Assembly: GCF_009914755.1 (NCBI RefSeq)
Contig: NC_060936.1
Direction: 5' to 3' (one strand)
Length of the DNA stretch: 64,000 nucleotides
From: the human T2T-CHM13v2.0 reference genome, Homo sapiens
The number at the start of each line of letters is the position of its first letter. Position 1 is the first letter of the stretch. Under the pieces are notes generated by a model. That model did not search any database. It had not been told where the DNA came from and saw nothing but the letters and a program-made list of their open reading frames with translations. Position numbers and translations under genes: made by a program. This document shows positions 62,697 to 64,000 of the stretch, one piece after another.

Positions 62697-63226
62697 TGCA
62701 GAAGTACTTTTAAGAAAATAAAGTGCCCGAGTTTGCTCAGTGCTTTGAAATGCAGAATAGCTGCAGAAATGAACCTGCTTAGCAGACATCTTTTATCTCA
62801 TGAAACAGTTGACCAAATCTCTACAAGACCTTGTAGAAAAGGTTTTTATTTCAATTGACAAAATTCTTAGACTTTAAAGGGAATTGAATCTTTGGGAAAA
62901 TCATGTTGCAGAAGGAAATTTTGAAATGTTTCCACTACTGCTTGATTATGCAAGTGAGGTGGGATATCACTAAGTAGGCTTTTTATTGAAACCACCTGGA
63001 AGAACTTCAGTATACAGCTAAACAGTATTCTCCCTCCCTTCTAATACAGGAGTAGGGTCCCTTTAAGATCTGCTCAGGTTGAGAACTTTGAGCTGCAGTC
63101 TGATTTTACACTCAAGATGAGAGCTACTGATACGCCTCTAGACGACTTCTGGCTTTCTATTTAAAAGAGAGAGAGAGAGACAGAGAGAGAATATCCTGTC
63201 ATTCATAGAAAAATAATGAAAATCTG

Positions 63227-63549
<323 letters not shown>

Positions 63550-64000
63550 TCAGTTCCTTATATGTGTGAATAGGCTTATTTACTTCAGGTGAAAATGAAG
63601 TCTGTGTACTTATCCTAACCTATACCCAGAATTGAGCACCCATTAAAGCACATTATAACCAATATAGGCATAGTCTAACAATGATATGCTTTCAATTCTT
63701 CCCTTCAATCTTCTGTGCTATTATTGTTATACAGTTACATTTAAATATGTTATACTCTTAGTATACTGTTCCTATTTTTTATTTAGCCATTTATTTTAAG
63801 AGCTATTAAGTATGCAAAAAGTCCTTTATATTTACCTATATCTTAAGCATTTCCACAAAGCTTCTCTTCTTTGCATAGTTCCAAATTAGTTTGATATCCT
63901 ATTCCTTCTGCCTAACTTCCTTTAACATTTTTTTGTAGCATAAATCTGCTGCTATTGAATTTCCCATTTTTCTCTTAAAAAACATTTGTCATTCATTTTT

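Overview
Primate (very likely human) non-coding genomic DNA, AT-rich and dominated by interspersed repeats. It has about 44 Alu copies (J, S and Y types, three nested Alu-in-Alu), a near full-length ancient L1 (35.6-46.2 kb) carrying eight younger insertions, L2/MIR relics, MaLR/ERVL solo LTRs, a CpG-rich LTR12 (ERV9) solo LTR inside a THE1-type LTR, and two separate decayed hAT/Charlie transposase fossils. The first ~400 bp look like the edge of a CpG-island promoter. I cannot recognise a protein-coding gene: the supplied ORFs are almost all Alu-, L1- or LTR-derived. The best unexplained signals are a 71-nt near-perfect hairpin centred between two head-to-head Alus, a few strong unique-sequence splice-site pairs (including a 20-nt minus-strand microexon candidate), a strong CTCF motif, and a template-switch rearrangement at one Alu tail. 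I see no evidence for a novel multi-gene system. Repeat subfamily names come from recalled consensus features and need RepeatMasker/Dfam confirmation.
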